Source: a virus (lineage: Duplodnaviria > Heunggongvirae > Uroviricota > Caudoviricetes). From it: a stretch of DNA of 54,562 bases. Below the pieces are notes generated by a model. The model was not told where the DNA came from and did not search any database. It worked only from the letters and a program-made list of their open reading frames with translations. The translations under genes were made by a program, and so were the position numbers. Location: positions 1-54,562 of IMG/VR virus record IMGVR_UViG_2568526722_000002. The stretch is one strand, 5' to 3'. Shown piece by piece: positions 51,301 through 54,562 of this stretch; positions within the stretch are counted from its first letter, which is position 1; every line of letters starts with the position of its first letter.

Positions 51301-51728
51301 AGGAGACGGGCTTGGAAGTTCGTGTGCGCCCTGACCTTGAGATCGACCTGGATGGCGTGCGTATAGGTGCAGACCTGAAAACCATCAGCATGTGGAATGT
51401 TAAGCAGGAAAGCCTGCGCGCCAGGCTACACCGGGAAATTATTGAACGTGATTATCACCTGAGCGCGGCTATGTACTGCGAAACCGCAGCGCTGGATCAG
51501 TTCTTCTGGATTTTCGTCAACAAAGACGAGAACTACCACTGGATCGCCATCATCGAGGCATCCGCTGAACTACTGGAGCTGGGTATGCTCGAGTACCGCA
51601 AAGCGATGCGCAATATCGCAACCGGATTCGACACAGGTGAATGGCCAGCGCCAATCACTGCTGACTACACCGACGAACTGAACGACTTCGACCTGCGCCG
51701 CCTTGAAGCGCTGCGTACTCAGGCATAA
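48339..51728 (+). CDS. recE: exodeoxyribonuclease VIII (RecE-like), 1129 aa
   Basis: [24 protein letters not shown] and [36 protein letters not shown] parallel Rac RecE segments recalled from memory. The C-terminus is PD-(D/E)XK-like (...VRPDLEID...GADLKT...). Confidence 0.8.
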   Translation: [1129 protein letters not shown]

Positions 51729-51733
51729 GGGGA

Positions 51734-52852
51734 ATGATGATGGAAAACACGAATATCGTAACCGCTGAACAGCAGACTCCAAACACGATCTCAGCCAGCA
51801 ATGCCATTTTCAACGTGCAGGCTTTAACCCAGCTTCAGTCTGTCGCCGGGTTGATGGCACAGGCAGCCGTAACGGTGCCTGAGCACCTCCGCGGCAATCC
51901 GGCAGACTGCATGGCCATCATCATGCAGGCGATGCAGTGGGGTATGAACCCTTACGCCGTGGCGCAAAAGACGCACCTGGTTAACGGTGTCCTGGGATAC
52001 GAAGCGCAACTGGTTAATGCGGTGATCTCCAGCTCAAACGCCATCGTTGGCCGCTTTCACTATGAGTACGAGGGCGACTGGTCGAAATGTGCCAGCAGCC
52101 GCGAGATAACCGTTAAAAAGCCTGCGAAAGGTGGCGGGACGTACGACAAGAAAGAAATGGTACGCGGTTGGGAAAGTGCTGATGAACAAGGACTGTCGGT
52201 ACGGGTAGGTGCCGTTATTCGCGGTGAAAGTGATATCACCTGGGGAGAGCCTGTTTTCCTCTCCAGCGTAATCACACGTAATTCTCCACTTTGGGTATCA
52301 AACCCGAAACAGCAGATCGCTTATCTGGCACTCAAATACTGGGCGCGCCTGTATTGCCCTGCAGTTGTTCTTGGTGTGTACACCCCTGATGAGATTGAAC
52401 AGCGCACAGAAAAAGAGATCAACCCAACGCCGCAACGCGTTAGCCTGGCTGATATCTCAGGTGACACCGTCACAACCACGCAAAGCGCACAGGAATCGTC
52501 GGTAAATGTCGACTCTCTTGCCGATGATTTCCGCGAACGCATCGAATCTGCTCAGGACGTGGATAGCGCCAAATCGCTGCGTGCCGACATTGAAACGGCG
52601 AAAGCTACGCTGGGATCCGCACTATTCACCGAGCTGAAAAACAAAGCCGTAAAGCGTTATTACCTAGTGGATGCACGCAACAAGGTTGAGGAGGCTATTA
52701 AATCCCTGCCCCAGCCCGACGAGCCGCATGCAGCCGAACGGTTCGCTGAAGCCGAGCGCATGCTTGCATCTTCAAAGCGTCACTTAGGCGATGAACTGCA
52801 CGATCAATTCAGCATCACCCTGGCGGATATGAAACCGGAATACGTGGCCTGA
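51734..52852 (+). CDS. single-strand annealing protein (RecT/Red-beta superfamily)
   Basis: 372 aa directly after recE. ...DCMAIIMQAMQWGMNPYAVAQKTHLVNGVLGYEAQLV... fits the family pattern. Confidence 0.65.
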   Translation: MMMENTNIVTAEQQTPNTISASNAIFNVQALTQLQSVAGLMAQAAVTVPEHLRGNPADCMAIIMQAMQWGMNPYAVAQKTHLVNGVLGYEAQLVNAVISSSNAIVGRFHYEYEGDWSKCASSREITVKKPAKGGGTYDKKEMVRGWESADEQGLSVRVGAVIRGESDITWGEPVFLSSVITRNSPLWVSNPKQQIAYLALKYWARLYCPAVVLGVYTPDEIEQRTEKEINPTPQRVSLADISGDTVTTTQSAQESSVNVDSLADDFRERIESAQDVDSAKSLRADIETAKATLGSALFTELKNKAVKRYYLVDARNKVEEAIKSLPQPDEPHAAERFAEAERMLASSKRHLGDELHDQFSITLADMKPEYVA

Positions 52853-52890
52853 CGAGACCGGGAGGGGTAACCCTCCCTCAAGGAGATTAT

Positions 52891-53133
52891 ATGCGACTGA
52901 TCAATCGAGGAAGTAAGCAATCACCTTTAGCTCGCCAAGCATGCGACATCGCGCTGGCAGCTCACTTGCAAACATATGGCGACTATGGGCGAAGCAAGAT
53001 GAAAGAGACTTATACGGTGAAGGTTGAAGGCGTGAAAGTCTGGGTGGAGGTGGTGAACCGAAAGGCGAGCTACGTGGCCACAGCGATGACCGGCATGCGC
53101 CGTCTCCGCTCCCTGCCCGGGCAGGTTGGTTGA
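52891..53133 (+). CDS. hypothetical protein
   Basis: 80 aa with AAGGAG SD. Confidence 0.5.
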   Translation: MRLINRGSKQSPLARQACDIALAAHLQTYGDYGRSKMKETYTVKVEGVKVWVEVVNRKASYVATAMTGMRRLRSLPGQVG

Positions 53134-53174
53134 AAAAGATTTTGAATGGCCCGAACGGGCAACTGGAGAGAGCT

Positions 53175-53372
53175 ATGGATGATATTTTGGTAACGTCAGA
53201 CCTGACCAGTCGCTACAAAATTTCACGCAAAACCCTTTGGTCATGGCAAAGTGCAGACACAATGCCTCGGGGCTTCGTATGCCCGTTCCCACCCCCTGAC
53301 TGGCCCGGCAACCCTAACCGCTGGCGCTCTGAGTCAATCAAAGAGTGGGAGGATAAAAAGAAGATAAATTAA
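53175..53372 (+). CDS. xis: excisionase / AlpA-type HTH protein
   Basis: Start at [25 protein letters not shown] with GGAGAG SD. Adjacent to the integrase, with overlapping stops. Confidence 0.6.
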
Positions 53373-54562
53373 CTGAAGGGCTCTCCGATGATCTCTTCAA
53401 GATGGCTCTGCCAAACGCGGAGCCAGTGTTTCTGATCATCGATATAGTCATGAAGGTTGTAATGCGCCATAACCCCCACCATCTGATGCCCGAGCAGCTT
53501 TTCAATTACGTGCGGCGGGCAACCTAACTCAGAGAGATTTGTGGCTATCGTCCGCCTCATATCATGAAGCGACCACTCTGCCATACCTGTTCCATTCCAA
53601 ATAGAACGGGCGTAATTGGATGCCACAGGTGAATGAACGGGCGAATCTTTGATCCCGCCATCAATTTTACGTTGTGAAGTCACCAGGTGATTGGTGTTTA
53701 TTTTCTTGAGGTGATTTCTGACCAGGTTAACGGCGGCGTCTGAGAGTCCCCTTCTAATATGTACCCGAGTTTTATAACTGCCCGCAGGCACGACCCACTC
53801 ATTATCATCCAATCGAAACCATGATCTCTCACTAAGTCGAATCTCAGCCGTACGGCATCCGGTAAGCATAATAAATTTCACCAGGAAAACGGACTCTATC
53901 GACATATGGCTTTTCAACCACTGATAGATTTTGCGCAGATCGTCATCGTCCATCCTGCGAGTTCTCTTTTTAGGCTTTTGCCCGACATCAGATGGCAGTA
54001 ATCCCTCGAGTGGGTTTGAGGCGATCACACTTCTGTTAACGCAGAACCTAAACGCCCGTTTGCACAGCGAAAGCATGTAATGAGCCATCACCCTGCTTTC
54101 TATAGAATCGAAGACGTTGATCCAGTGCATTTTCGCTGTGTTATCGACTTTGACATTCTTCATCGGTTCGGCGATATGTTTCTCAAACACCTGGCGATAG
54201 TAATCGACTTTAACTAGCCCGTTAGCGATACAGTGCCTTTCAATCCAGTAATTGAACGCTTCGGCAACGGACATCGCTTCCTGTCGGGTCTGCTTATCCA
54301 GCTTCACCTGCTCTCGCGGATCCAGTCCCTCAGTTAACCAGTTTCTGAATTGTTGGCGACGCTCTCTTGCCTGGGTGATACTCATTGCAGGATAATCACC
54401 AACATTGAGTTTTACCGCTTTACCGGCCCAGCGATACCGATAGAAAAATGATATTTTTCCGGCCTGGCTGATTCTGGCGTTGAGCCCGTGCGAATCAGAA
54501 ATAATCTCGATATCATCTCTTTTCTTGCCGAGCGCCTTCCTGAGCTTTGTGTCGGTGATCAT
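53369..54562 (-). CDS. int: tyrosine integrase (P4-type with N-terminal arm-binding domain)
   Basis: 397 aa. N-terminal ...[33 protein letters not shown].... C-terminal ...TGCRTAEI...HDMRRT...LGH..VGVMAHY (R..H-x-x-R..Y). Its ATG is the last codon of the window. Confidence 0.9.

Larger units (their letters stand above)
11213..54562. mobile_element. temperate prophage (lambda-like head/regulation plus Mu-like contractile tail) inserted in yecE; integrase end runs off the window
   Basis: Contiguous phage modules run from the yecE junction to a tyrosine integrase. Confidence 0.85.

Noticed and set aside
1-54562. tRNA, rRNA or tmRNA genes
   Set aside because: I scanned by eye for GTTCGAATC / GGTTCRANYC T-loop words next to acceptor-like stems and found none. 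This is not a substitute for tRNAscan-SE.

Overview
The window is composite, with three parts.

(A) 1-9494 is an AT-rich, phage-like block read mostly on the minus strand. It carries a tape-measure-like gene, small early-type genes, an HNH-like gene and a small serine recombinase. Its non-coding stretches are unusually long and are packed with promoters, hairpins and repeat families. The block stops 11 nt into tonB.

(B) 9495-11212 holds scraps of E. coli-type chromosome: the tonB start plus promoter, an intact yciI, the 3' end of yecD and the 5' end of yecE. These are interleaved with a prophage remnant made of a Pin/Gin-type invertase, one orphan crossover site and a tail-fibre tip fragment.

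(C) 11213-54562 is an almost complete temperate prophage.
- Packaging and head genes are lambda-like: Nu1/A terminase, portal, S49 protease, acidic scaffold, D-like decoration protein and E-like capsid.
- The contractile tail and baseplate are Mu-like, with a directly visible -1 frameshift in the chaperone gene.
- The rest comprises a receptor-binding module, lysis cassette, Q, Nin region, O/P replication with an ori inside O, a cro/cI immunity region, recET, xis and a tyrosine integrase whose start codon is the last base of the window.

Most interesting findings:
- A strongly AT-rich moron sits in the rexAB position directly downstream of the CI-like repressor. It encodes a 434-aa protein whose N- and C-termini read like a proteasome beta/HslV Ntn-hydrolase, followed by a 34-codon micro-ORF. 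I know of no described system like it.
- Two LexA-box-controlled small-gene modules accompany a repressor that lacks a cleavage domain, which suggests antirepressor-type induction. One module includes a catalytically dead UmuD'-like protein.
- An SGNH-esterase tailspike lies next to an antisense O-acyltransferase cassette.
- Block A contains an inverted-repeat-flanked recombinase cassette, a twice-repeated ~100-120 nt element closed by a long stem, and a promoter-to-terminator GG-repeat RNA candidate.

All homology calls come from motif recognition by eye and memory. No searches or computations were run.
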